Shown here: positions 42,376 to 51,675 of the stretch, in pieces
Layout of the letters: every line of letters starts with the position of its first letter
How positions within the stretch are numbered: the first letter of the stretch is position 1
Translations under genes and position numbers: made by a program
Notes under the pieces: generated by a model
What the model was told of the DNA's origin: nothing
Databases searched by the model: none
The model's input: only the letters and a program-made list of their open reading frames with translations
Origin: Candidatus Planktophila sp.
GTDB lineage: Bacteria; Actinomycetota; Actinomycetes; Nanopelagicales; Nanopelagicaceae
Direction: 5' to 3' (one strand)
Assembly (NCBI GenBank): GCA_044348745.1
Contig: JBIKSG010000003.1
Length of the DNA: 64,000 bases

Positions 42376-42570
42376 ATGGGCAAGCAATCGCAGTCTTTGG
42401 CAGATGCTCTTGCCACCTTGCCTGATGAAGAACGCATCATCTTGACTATGCACTATCTCAAATCAATGTCAGCAGCCGAGATTGCGTCGATGCTAGGGGT
42501 GCCAGAGCGCTCTGTGGAAGCGATTATCAAGCAAGGCAAAGCCAGATTGAGCGCAATTTTGGGGATATAA
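42376..42570 (+). CDS. Stand-alone sigma-70 region 4-like HTH protein (64 aa)
   Basis: LADALATLPDEERIILTMHY...MSAAEIA.MLGV.E.SV....GKARL; own -10 TAAACT 6 nt upstream. Confidence 0.8.
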   Translation: MGKQSQSLADALATLPDEERIILTMHYLKSMSAAEIASMLGVPERSVEAIIKQGKARLSAILGI

Positions 42571-42583
42571 AGGCCTATCTTCG

Positions 42584-42615
42584 ATTTCGCACAACGGCGC
42601 ATTGTGCGAGATACT
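42584..42615. repeat. Inverted repeat overlapping the putative DUF3117 promoter
   Basis: TCGCACAA-N7-TTGTGCGA (42587-42609) directly followed by GATACT. Confidence 0.6.
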
Positions 42616-42665
42616 TATCCCCTTGCTTCAAAAAGAGTAATTCAACCGATTAGAGGAGTCCCCAC

Positions 42666-42845
42666 ATGGCAGCCATGAAACCCCGCACTGGTGATGGTCC
42701 AATGGAGGTTACGAAAGAAGCTCGCTCTTTGGTGATGCGAATCCCTCTAGAAGGTGGCGGCCGCTTAGTCGTCGAAATGAACGCAGAAGAAGCAAATAAC
42801 CTCAGTGCCGCGTTACACGCCGCAGTCGCACTAGTTAAGAAGTAA
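42666..42845 (+). CDS. DUF3117-family protein (59 aa; missing from the ORF track)
   Basis: Translates MAAMKPRTGDGPMEVTKEARSLVMRIPLEGGGRLVVEMN...; GAGGAG SD. Confidence 0.92.
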   Translation: MAAMKPRTGDGPMEVTKEARSLVMRIPLEGGGRLVVEMNAEEANNLSAALHAAVALVKK

Positions 42846-42876
42846 TTCCTTTTCCAAGGCACTAGCCTTACCAATC

Positions 42877-44355
42877 ATGTCAGCTCTGCCAATCGCCGCC
42901 CCGCTAGAAATCAAAGCGGCATCCTCGGCTAACTCAATTGCTCTCGGATTCATCAAGAATTCCGAAGACTCATTTGAATTCGTTGGACCACTGGTAAAAG
43001 AAATCGAAAGTTTCTTTGGACTCAACCTTGTAGACGAGCTAACCTTTTTTGGACCAACTGCAAAAGCCGGAGAAATTTTTGAGATCCCAGTCAGTGCCAC
43101 CGATTCTCCTACCGAACGAATCTACCTGGTTGGAGTTGGGGATCAAAGTGGTGCTGCACTTCGAGCTGCTGGTGCTTCAGTTGGGCGCAAAGTGCGCGGT
43201 AAGAGCGTTACGGTTTTCTCAGCTTGTGCAGTCAAGGAAGTTAAAGCACATGCAATTTCTATGTCACTTGGTGCCTGGGTTTGGAATCTAAAGACTGATA
43301 AGAAAAAAGAAGTATCGCAATTGCTCATTGGTAGCAAAGATAAGAAGTCAGTCGAAGATGCAGCAGTAATTGCACGTGCAATGTGTCGCGCTCGCGATCT
43401 AGTTCACACACCAGCAAATATTAAAACACCAGCATGGATGGGAAAGCAGGCCGAATCATTTTCAAAGGGAACTAGCCTTAAAGTTAAAATCTTTGCAGGC
43501 GCTGACCTTAAAGAGTTTGGTGGATTGCGAGCCGTTGGTGGATCATCACCAAAGCCTGGCCCCCGCATGATTGAGGTCTCATACCAACCAAAATCAAAGA
43601 AGAAGTCAATCAATGCTTTGCCCCATATTGTGTTAGTTGGCAAGGGTATAACCTTTGATACAGGCGGAATTTCATTAAAGCGTCCATATGACACGATGAT
43701 GGCGATGAAAAGCGATATGGCTGGATCTGCCGCAATTCTTTCGACATTGACTGCGCTGGAAGAATTACAGCCAAATGTTCGAGTAACAGCGTTAATGATG
43801 ATGGCTGAAAACGCCATCTCTGGCACCGCACAGCGCCCAAGTGATGTCATTAAACATTACGGCGGAACAACTGTGGAAGTGATCAACACTGATGCTGAGG
43901 GCCGCTTGGTATTGGCAGATGGTCTTGCATATGCAGATCTCAATCTTGATCCTGATTACTTGGTTGATATTGCAACCTTAACTGGCGCAGCAACTCTTGG
44001 ACTTGGTCGCCAATATGCTGCGATGTATACACGTGACAATGCTCTTGCTGCCCAGTTAACAAGGGCTGGCGAAGCTTCAGGTGATCGTGTTTGGCACATG
44101 CCACTTGTTGATGATTACAAAGATTCACTAGGCAGTGACATTGCAGATTTCAATCACAATGCCAGCAAAGCCAAATATTCTGCTGGATCTGTGACGGCGG
44201 CGCTGTTTCTAGAAAACTTTGTTGGAACTCGACGTTGGGTTCACTTAGATATCGCCGGCACTGCACGCAGCGAAGTTGATGCTGGAGAAAATTCAAAGGG
44301 CGGAACAGGATTTGGTGTTCGCCTGCTTACAGAATGGATTACATCCCTTTCATGA
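42877..44355 (+). CDS. pepA: Leucyl aminopeptidase (M17)
   Basis: VGKGITFDTGG, MKSDMAG, NTDAEGRL, ATLTGA, HLDIAG. Confidence 0.94.
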   Translation: MSALPIAAPLEIKAASSANSIALGFIKNSEDSFEFVGPLVKEIESFFGLNLVDELTFFGPTAKAGEIFEIPVSATDSPTERIYLVGVGDQSGAALRAAGASVGRKVRGKSVTVFSACAVKEVKAHAISMSLGAWVWNLKTDKKKEVSQLLIGSKDKKSVEDAAVIARAMCRARDLVHTPANIKTPAWMGKQAESFSKGTSLKVKIFAGADLKEFGGLRAVGGSSPKPGPRMIEVSYQPKSKKKSINALPHIVLVGKGITFDTGGISLKRPYDTMMAMKSDMAGSAAILSTLTALEELQPNVRVTALMMMAENAISGTAQRPSDVIKHYGGTTVEVINTDAEGRLVLADGLAYADLNLDPDYLVDIATLTGAATLGLGRQYAAMYTRDNALAAQLTRAGEASGDRVWHMPLVDDYKDSLGSDIADFNHNASKAKYSAGSVTAALFLENFVGTRRWVHLDIAGTARSEVDAGENSKGGTGFGVRLLTEWITSLS

Positions 44356-44978
44356 GAGTAGATCCGCACACCTTTGCCGAAGGATTTATTCCCGAAGATT
44401 TCTTTAAATCTCAGGCACGCGCCAGAGGTATTGAACTTGGAGCTTCTGACACAACATCTGGCTCTGGTGCATTTCTGCGTTATTTAGCTTTTACATTAAA
44501 GGCACAATCTGTAGTTGAAGTTGGTACCGGTTCAGGTGTTGGATCATTGTGGTTGCTCGACGGAATGCTCGAAAGTGGAACTCTCACCTCAATTGATGAC
44601 GAGATGGAACACACTCAGATTGCAAAAATGGCATTTGGTGATGCTGACATTCCACAAAGTCGCTATCGTCTAATTACTAACAACGTGGTGGATGTAATAT
44701 CAAAACTTACTGATCGCGCATATGACTTAGTTGTAGTGCGTCATAATCCTGAAGATTTAAGCTTTGTCATCGGGGAGGCCCACCGCATTTTGCGTAGTGG
44801 TGGAGCGCTAGTTATTGATAATTACTATGGTGGGGGCAAAGTCAGCGACGCGGCGCAAAGAGACCCAAAGACTGTCGCATTGCGTGACGCTGGTAAAATA
44901 ATCAAAAATGACTCTGAGCATTGGGTGAGTTCTTTGATTCCAATAGGTGATGGCTTACTTATAGCCACCAAGGTGTGA
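44352..44978 (+). CDS. SAM-dependent O-methyltransferase
   Basis: VEVGTGSG, LTSID, L..GG, PIGDGL; ATGA overlap with pepA. Confidence 0.88.
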   Translation: MRVDPHTFAEGFIPEDFFKSQARARGIELGASDTTSGSGAFLRYLAFTLKAQSVVEVGTGSGVGSLWLLDGMLESGTLTSIDDEMEHTQIAKMAFGDADIPQSRYRLITNNVVDVISKLTDRAYDLVVVRHNPEDLSFVIGEAHRILRSGGALVIDNYYGGGKVSDAAQRDPKTVALRDAGKIIKNDSEHWVSSLIPIGDGLLIATKV

Positions 44979-44988
44979 AGATACGGTC

Positions 44989-46113
44989 ATGATATTTCCG
45001 CGACAAAAGAGTGCTCAGCCCGCCACTAATGCCTGGTGGCAAGCACCGACATCTTCTAAGAGTTCAAAAGGAAGCCTTGTATTAATCGCACTTCTTGCCG
45101 GATCTCTTGGTGGTTTTTTAGGGGTTAATGCGGGCGGCGGTTCACCTTTCCGTGACGTTAATTTAGTGTCATCGACTAGCACGATTGAGCGCGCACCAGA
45201 TTCTGTCGCTGGAATTGCACAAAGAGTTTTGCCTTCAGTGGTTTCAATTAATACACGCACTGTTAACGGCGGTGGTTCCGGATCAGGCTTTGTGATTGAC
45301 AGTTCTGGATACATTCTTACCAACAACCACGTGATTAGTGAGGCAGCTCAAAGTGGTGGAAAAATTGAAGTCTCACTTAATGATGGCTCCACATATATCG
45401 GAAAAGTAATTGGGCGTGATGCATCTTTTGATTTAGCGGTGCTAAAGATTGATGCGACCGGGCTAAAGGCATTGCAATTTGGTGACAGCGACAAGATTGC
45501 AGTGGGTGATGCTGTTATTGCAATTGGTTCGCCACTTGGCCTATCTGGGACTGTTACAACAGGAATTATTAGCGCAAAAGATCGAGCAGTTACCACAGGA
45601 GACTCATCAACAGAAAGCTCCTTCATTAATGCATTACAAACAGATGCTGCAATCAATCCAGGAAACTCAGGTGGTCCACTAGTTGATGCAACTGGTGCGG
45701 TAATCGGCATTAACTCTGCAATTGCATCTCTCGGTTCTTCATGGCAGGCAGGGTCAATTGGTTTAGGTTTTGCAATTCCTATCAACCAAGGTCGCAAAAT
45801 TGCAGATCAGTTAATCAAGTTCGGAGTTGCCACATATCCAATCGTAGGAATCTCATTGGATTCGAACTACACCGGAGTTGGTGCACAGATTTCAAAATCT
45901 GGAAGTGGGATTTTGCCTGGAAGTCCAGCGCAAAAGGCTGGCCTTAAGGGCGGCGATATTATTATTGAGATTGATGGAAAAAAGATTAATACTCCTGAAG
46001 AGTTGGTGGTTTCAGTTCGATCCAAGAATGTTGGGGATCGCGTAACCCTTGTCTATATGCGCGATGGAGCAAAAAAGTCAGTCACTTTGATTCTGATCGC
46101 AGCAAAGAAGTAA
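44989..46113 (+). CDS. htrA: HtrA/DegP-like serine protease with PDZ domain
   Basis: TNNHV, DLAVLK, QTDAAINPGNSGG, GFAIP; single TM and PDZ. Confidence 0.92.
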   Translation: MIFPRQKSAQPATNAWWQAPTSSKSSKGSLVLIALLAGSLGGFLGVNAGGGSPFRDVNLVSSTSTIERAPDSVAGIAQRVLPSVVSINTRTVNGGGSGSGFVIDSSGYILTNNHVISEAAQSGGKIEVSLNDGSTYIGKVIGRDASFDLAVLKIDATGLKALQFGDSDKIAVGDAVIAIGSPLGLSGTVTTGIISAKDRAVTTGDSSTESSFINALQTDAAINPGNSGGPLVDATGAVIGINSAIASLGSSWQAGSIGLGFAIPINQGRKIADQLIKFGVATYPIVGISLDSNYTGVGAQISKSGSGILPGSPAQKAGLKGGDIIIEIDGKKINTPEELVVSVRSKNVGDRVTLVYMRDGAKKSVTLILIAAKK

Positions 46114-46131
46114 TTGGCGTAGGCTAACGAT

Positions 46132-46440
46132 ATGTTCTTTGGAATTGGTGCAGGCGAATTTCTTGGGCTTGCCATTTTGGGCATGATGCTGGTTGGACCT
46201 GAACGATTGCCGAAGCTAGCTGGAGAAGCCGCGCGTTGGGTCAAAAAGCTTCGCGGATTAGCATCTACAGCGACTACAGAACTTAGGGAAAATTTGGGAC
46301 CAGGCTTTGAAGATTTACAGCCCAAGGATCTAAATCCAAAGACTTTCCTAAAGAAGCAAGTTGCCGATTTATTGGATGATGAAAAACCAAAACCAAAGAT
46401 AAATCGCCCAGTGGCGAAGATTGATCCAGATCTACTGTGA
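46132..46440 (+). CDS. tatB: Twin-arginine translocase subunit TatB
   Basis: MFFGIG..E, GPERLP, LNPKTF; htrA-tatB-mrp synteny. Confidence 0.9.
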   Translation: MFFGIGAGEFLGLAILGMMLVGPERLPKLAGEAARWVKKLRGLASTATTELRENLGPGFEDLQPKDLNPKTFLKKQVADLLDDEKPKPKINRPVAKIDPDLL

Positions 46441-47558
46441 GTTTAATTGACCAGATAGTTGAAGCATTAGCCAAGGTCCAAGATCCTGAGCTTCGCCACC
46501 CAATCACTGATTTGGGAATGGTCGAAGACCTTGAAGAAAGCGATGGTGCTGTAAGAGTCACTGTTTTGCTCACGATCTCTGCATGTCCCATGCAAGATCG
46601 ATTGCGAAACGATGTTACAACTGCAATAACTTCAGTAAGTGGTGTGACATCAGTAGACCTGACTTTTGGAGTCATGACAGAAGAACAACGAAATAATGTT
46701 AAGAAGATTGTCCGCGGTGGACGCGAAAAATTCATCCCGTTTGCTCAACCTGATTCATTGACTCGTGTTATTGGAATTGCCTCTGGAAAAGGTGGAGTTG
46801 GAAAATCATCGGTTACAGCCAACCTTGCAGTTGCTGCAGCAAAAAAGGGTTTGAACGTTGGAATTCTAGATGCAGATGTTTATGGACACTCGATTCCACG
46901 GTTAATGGGATTGATGGGACAACGTCCAACGGCAATTGATCAGATGTTTATTCCCTTAGAGTCCTACGGCGTGAAGACCGTTTCAATGGAAATGTTTAAG
47001 CCAGAACGCTCAGATCCCGTTGCATATCGAGGCCCATTGCTACACCGCGTTCTGGAGCAACTACTTTCAGATGCGTATTGGGGCGATCTTGATCTTTTGT
47101 TAATCGATCTTCCGCCTGGAACCGGCGATCTGGCCATTTCTTTGGGCCAGTTGATTCCCAACTCTGAAATTGTGGTTGTCACAACCCCTCAAATTGCAGC
47201 AGCTGAAGTTGCCGAACGCGCAGGTCGCATCGCCCATCAAATCCATCAGCATGTAATTGGCGTTATCGAAAACATGTCGCAATTTCCGTGCCCATCATGT
47301 GGTGAGCCGATGTCACTATTTGGAGAGGGCGGGGGAGAAGAGACTTCTCGTCGACTATCCCAATTAGTAGGTAGTGATGTTCCATTACTTGGAAAGATTC
47401 CATTTAGCCCAGCCTTGCGTACTGGCGGAGATGATGGCGCACCAATAGTTGAAGCTGACCCAACCTCATTTGCAGCCGTTGCACTTTTTGATGTTGCTGA
47501 AAAAATTGTAAAGCGAAATAAATCTTTACTCGGAGTCCGTTTGGGTATCTCTACGTAG
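46437..47558 (+). CDS. mrp: Mrp/NBP35 Fe-S cluster carrier ATPase
   Basis: DPEL, SGKGGVGKS, DADVYG, DLPPGTGD, ENMS, CPSC. Confidence 0.95.
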   Translation: MSLIDQIVEALAKVQDPELRHPITDLGMVEDLEESDGAVRVTVLLTISACPMQDRLRNDVTTAITSVSGVTSVDLTFGVMTEEQRNNVKKIVRGGREKFIPFAQPDSLTRVIGIASGKGGVGKSSVTANLAVAAAKKGLNVGILDADVYGHSIPRLMGLMGQRPTAIDQMFIPLESYGVKTVSMEMFKPERSDPVAYRGPLLHRVLEQLLSDAYWGDLDLLLIDLPPGTGDLAISLGQLIPNSEIVVVTTPQIAAAEVAERAGRIAHQIHQHVIGVIENMSQFPCPSCGEPMSLFGEGGGEETSRRLSQLVGSDVPLLGKIPFSPALRTGGDDGAPIVEADPTSFAAVALFDVAEKIVKRNKSLLGVRLGIST

Positions 47559-48023
47559 CTCTTTTGCTAAATCTTCAACTAAATCGGCAAGTTCACTTCG
47601 CACAAAATCACGAGTAGCAACTTCACCCAATGAATTGCGCAATGCCGCAAGCTCTCGGGTCAAATACTCAGTATCTGCAATCGAACGTTCGTCTTGTTCG
47701 CGATCTTGATTGAGCTGAATTCGATCACGGTCCGCTTGGCGATTTTGTGCAAGAAGAATTAGCGGTGCAGCGTATGAAGCTTGAAGTGAAAGAATCAGAG
47801 TTAAGAATATAAATGGATAGTCATCAAAACGAAGATCTACTGGAGCAATGAAGTTCCACAATACCCAAAACATCACAAAAAATGTCATGTATACGAGGAA
47901 CCGCGCAGTGCCTAAGAAACGTGCGAAACGTTCAGAAAGACGACCAAATGCTTCTGGATCGAAATTAGGACGTAGCGAACGTCGGGTTTCGCGAGGAGTG
48001 TCTAGTCCATTAGTGCGTGCCAT
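47526..48023 (-). CDS. DUF1003 membrane protein
   Basis: FD.YPFIFLTL.LSLQASYAAPLILLAQNRQ signature. Confidence 0.9.
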   Translation of the reverse strand: MARTNGLDTPRETRRSLRPNFDPEAFGRLSERFARFLGTARFLVYMTFFVMFWVLWNFIAPVDLRFDDYPFIFLTLILSLQASYAAPLILLAQNRQADRDRIQLNQDREQDERSIADTEYLTRELAALRNSLGEVATRDFVRSELADLVEDLAKELRRDTQTDSE

Positions 48024-48035
48024 TTTTCGACCTCC

Positions 48036-49313
48036 TTACAAAGTTTCTGACTTAAAAGTAACTGGTGATTTTTCTCTATGATCGTGTCGCCAATTTTCCG
48101 GCAATAAGTGATCGAGCACGTCATCAACTGTGACAGCTCCAAGCAAACGCTCATGAGCATCTACAACAGGCAATGAAAGCATGTTGTAGCTAGCTAAATA
48201 TGAGGAAACCTCATGCAAAGTTGAATCTGGGTTAACGCCTTTTGAATCATTATCAACAATTGATCCCAAAAGCGTCGCCGGTGGTTCGCGTAGCAAGCGC
48301 TGATAATGGACAACCCCAAGAAAGCGACCGGTAGGGGTTTCAACAGGCTGGCGACATATATAAATCTGTGATGCAAGTGCAGGAGAAATCTCTTTTTGTC
48401 GAACTGCAGCTAATGCATCAGCAACTGTTGAATCTGCAGTCAGAACAATTGGTTCAGTTGTCATCATTCCACCTGCAGAATAATCCTCGTAGTTCATCAG
48501 ACGCAAAACATCCTCTGCATCTTCTGGCTCCATTAATTCCAAAAGTGCATTAGCTCGCTCTTCACCTATTTCGCGGAGTAAATCGGCGGCATCATCAGGA
48601 TCCATTTCACCCAATACATCAGCAGCTCTTTCACCTTCAAGTTCAGCTAACAATGCAACTCGATCGTTCTCATCCATTTCCTCAAGCACATCGGCAAGAC
48701 GTTCATCGTCAAGTGCGATTGCAACTTCAATGCGGCGCTTAGGTGCGAGATCTTGCAATACTGCAGCAAGGTCAGCAGCACGTAAATTGGCAAGTGTTGA
48801 CATTAAATTTGCAACACCTTGATTTTGTTCAGTAGATGCAAAACCAGTGACTTCTTCCCAAGCAACAGTGGATGTTGCTCCCTTTCGGCGCAAGCCGCGA
48901 CCTCGACGCATGATGTGAACACGATTAATGAACCAATCGCCAGTTCGAGTTTCTTCCATCCCCATGTCTTCAACAACAACAGCTTCGCCAGATTCAAGCA
49001 AAGTTATTGAGCGATCTAGCATTTCTCCAAGGACTAGAACTTCACCTGGACGTGTTTCAAATCGGCGCATGTTTACTAATCCAGTAATTACAACCGCTCC
49101 ACTTTCAATAGAGGTTACGCGGGTAATGGGAACAAAGACTCTTCGACGAAGTGGAACTTCTACAACTAGCCCAAGAATTCTCGGTGGCTGATTTGTAGAA
49201 CGAAGGGTCGCGACAGCATCTCGCACCTTTCCTACTGGATCACCATTTGGGTCAAAGACCGCGGTACCTGCAAGACGGGCAAGAAATACTCGGTTTAAGA
49301 GATTGCCGCTCAT
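48036..49313 (-). CDS. MgtE intracellular N-domain/CBS protein with PRC-barrel N-terminus (no TM domain)
   Basis: VFDPNGD..GKVRD, MDPDDAADLL, AGGMMTTE, GAVTVDD; start at ATG 49313. Confidence 0.88.
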   Translation of the reverse strand: MSGNLLNRVFLARLAGTAVFDPNGDPVGKVRDAVATLRSTNQPPRILGLVVEVPLRRRVFVPITRVTSIESGAVVITGLVNMRRFETRPGEVLVLGEMLDRSITLLESGEAVVVEDMGMEETRTGDWFINRVHIMRRGRGLRRKGATSTVAWEEVTGFASTEQNQGVANLMSTLANLRAADLAAVLQDLAPKRRIEVAIALDDERLADVLEEMDENDRVALLAELEGERAADVLGEMDPDDAADLLREIGEERANALLELMEPEDAEDVLRLMNYEDYSAGGMMTTEPIVLTADSTVADALAAVRQKEISPALASQIYICRQPVETPTGRFLGVVHYQRLLREPPATLLGSIVDNDSKGVNPDSTLHEVSSYLASYNMLSLPVVDAHERLLGAVTVDDVLDHLLPENWRHDHREKSPVTFKSETL

Positions 49314-49335
49314 GGGATAAGGGTACCTTTGTCTA
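49314..49335. promoter_or_regulatory. 22-bp bidirectional leaderless promoter (MgtE-N / DMT)
   Basis: TACCTT on + (49324-49329) and TACCCT on - (49325-49320) share the TA of GGTACC; each lies 6 nt from an ATG. Confidence 0.65.
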
Positions 49336-50229
49336 ATGAACGCAGGCGACCGCATTAACCAACATACGGCGATGCCCGCTCGTCCGGATTTGATTCGATT
49401 AGGACTAGGAATTATCGGAATTGGAACTTCTGGCCCACTGATTGCATTGAGCACAATGCCCATTCTGACCTTGATCTTTTGGAGAAATCTTGGCGGGTCA
49501 TTAGCGACATTGCCCTTCGCATTGCGACATTCACGTGACCGAGTTGGCGTCAAATGGGCTTTAATTGCTGGAGTTTTGTTAGCACTTCACTTTGTCGGAT
49601 TTTTCTTGGCAATGAGGTGGACAACTGTTGCTGCTGGAACTGCTTTGGTGGCACTGCAACCAATATTTGCAGCATTGTTTGTGAAACTTTCAGGTGGGCT
49701 CATTCCATCTAAGGCATGGCTCGGAATGATCGTTAGTTTTATTGGTGTTGGACTTGTTGCAGGTGTAGACCTTCAAATTTCATATAAAGCTTTTCTTGGT
49801 GACCTTGCAGCCATTATCTCTGCAGCACTTGCAGCTGCATACATAATGGCTGGATCGAAGGCTCAAAGAACTTTAGAAACTACAACTTACACAACCATTT
49901 GCTACTTCATATGCTCAATGACTGCTCTGCCCATGGCATTAATTGCGGGTAACGAGATATTTTCTTTCAGCGCAAAAGAGTGGTGGATTCTTCTTGGTTT
50001 AATTCTAGGTGCTCAATTATTGGGGCATTCAATGTTTAATTCTGCGCTAAAGCGAGTTTCACCAGCGATAGTTTCTCTTATTGTTTTCTTTGAAGTTCCA
50101 GTTAGCGCGGTTCTCGCATTTTGGTGGTTAGGTCAAAAACCTCCTGCAGGGATTATTCCTGGAATAGTTTTAATCTTGATTGGCTGCATATTGGTCGTAA
50201 CTCGCACACGAGGGGTTTCAAATGATTGA
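49336..50229 (+). CDS. DMT/EamA-family transporter
   Basis: About 10 TM helices in two repeats; LALHF, QPIF, GD, QLLGHS.FN, EVP. Confidence 0.88.
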   Translation: MNAGDRINQHTAMPARPDLIRLGLGIIGIGTSGPLIALSTMPILTLIFWRNLGGSLATLPFALRHSRDRVGVKWALIAGVLLALHFVGFFLAMRWTTVAAGTALVALQPIFAALFVKLSGGLIPSKAWLGMIVSFIGVGLVAGVDLQISYKAFLGDLAAIISAALAAAYIMAGSKAQRTLETTTYTTICYFICSMTALPMALIAGNEIFSFSAKEWWILLGLILGAQLLGHSMFNSALKRVSPAIVSLIVFFEVPVSAVLAFWWLGQKPPAGIIPGIVLILIGCILVVTRTRGVSND

Positions 50230-51067
50230 TCTACACACTCATACAACTTGTAGCGATGGCACTGATACGCCACGGGAACTAGTCAATAAGGCAATCGTTC
50301 AGGGGATAGAAGTACTTGGAATAACAGATCACGACACTACTTCTGGTTGGCAAGAGGCAACCCAGACTCTTCGAGGTTCATTGAAGTTAGCGCTAGGCGC
50401 TGAGATTTCTTGCCTCACTCATGATGGAGTCAGTGTTCACATGCTAGGAATGCTCTTTGATCCTAATCATCAAGAGATGCAGACAGTGTTAGAAGAAACT
50501 CGGGATGGACGTCTTCCTCGTATGCGCAAAATGATTGAAAAAATGCGCGCTGAGGGCATGGATATTTCTATCGAAGATGTTGAGAAGGCTATGCCAGTTG
50601 GTGCCACTATGGGCCGTCCACATTTAGCAGATGCCCTAGTATCAAAAAAGATTGTTAAATCACGTGATGAGGCATTCATTGATCTATTGCACAATGATTC
50701 ACGCTTTTATGTCTCACATGCTGCACCAACACCGGCTGAAGCAATTGCTTTGATACGCAGAGCTGGGGGAGTTGCAGTAATTGCCCATCCATTTGCATCG
50801 CATCGTGGGCAGATCTTGAAGGCAGAAGATTTTGCAGATTTAGTCTTGGCAGGTCTTAATGGAATAGAAGTAGATCACCGTGACCAAAACCCGGACGAAC
50901 GCGCGATGTTGCGGGTGATTGCACATGAACTTGATCTAGTTATCACTGGAAGCAGCGACTATCATGGCACGGGCAAACTCAATTCATTAGCTGAAAACCA
51001 CACTAGTAGGGAACAATGGGAAAAATTAGAAGCACAAGCAGATGCAAGAAGGGTGGTTAGAGCATGA
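50222..51067 (+). CDS. PHP-domain phosphoesterase (YciV/TrpH-like)
   Basis: DLHTHT.CSDG, ITDHD, GRPH, AHP, GSSDYHG. Confidence 0.9.
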   Translation: MIDLHTHTTCSDGTDTPRELVNKAIVQGIEVLGITDHDTTSGWQEATQTLRGSLKLALGAEISCLTHDGVSVHMLGMLFDPNHQEMQTVLEETRDGRLPRMRKMIEKMRAEGMDISIEDVEKAMPVGATMGRPHLADALVSKKIVKSRDEAFIDLLHNDSRFYVSHAAPTPAEAIALIRRAGGVAVIAHPFASHRGQILKAEDFADLVLAGLNGIEVDHRDQNPDERAMLRVIAHELDLVITGSSDYHGTGKLNSLAENHTSREQWEKLEAQADARRVVRA

Positions 51068-51675
51068 AAGATATAAGCGCAATAACTTTTGCGGTCCAAT
51101 CCTTTGTCACTTTGTTTGTGATCATGGATCCTCCGGGCGCAACACCTATTTTCTTAGGTTTAGTTGCGGACAAATCACCTCGAGTGCGCCGCATTCTGGC
51201 CATACAGGCAGCAGGCGTCTCACTTCTTGTCATCTCAATTTTTGCGCTCTTTGGTCGTGCAATTTTAAATTACCTCAATATTTCTATGGAAGCCTTGCAG
51301 GCCGCTGGAGCGCTTTTGCTCTTGCTGGTTGCTTTAGAACTCTTGACTGGAAATGCAAAAAAGCATGGCGACGATGGAGATTCCAACGTAGCTCTTGTTC
51401 CTCTTGGTACGCCGCTCCTGGCTGGGCCTGGTGCAATAGTTGCAACGATGATCTTCGTGCAGCAAGTAGACACAACAAGTATGGCTCTTGGCTTGGTAGC
51501 AGCAGTAATTGCGGTCCACGTTGCAATTGCCGCGGCCTTAATGGCATCAACCACAATTTTAAATGTCATCAAAGAATCCGGCGTCACGCTGGTTGCGCGT
51601 ATTGCAGGTTTATTGCTGGCAGCTATTGCCGTGCAGATGCTTGTTGATGCAATCCGCGTATTTGTTGCGGCTTAA
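51064..51675 (+). CDS. MarC-family membrane protein
   Basis: IMDPPG, VPLGTPLLAGPGAI, RIAGLLL. Confidence 0.92.
   Translation: MKDISAITFAVQSFVTLFVIMDPPGATPIFLGLVADKSPRVRRILAIQAAGVSLLVISIFALFGRAILNYLNISMEALQAAGALLLLLVALELLTGNAKKHGDDGDSNVALVPLGTPLLAGPGAIVATMIFVQQVDTTSMALGLVAAVIAVHVAIAAALMASTTILNVIKESGVTLVARIAGLLLAAIAVQMLVDAIRVFVAA

Noticed and set aside
51042-51647. 201-aa alternative-frame ORF over marC
   Set aside because: Cys/Ser/Arg-rich off-frame shadow with no recognisable motif; marC explains the region.
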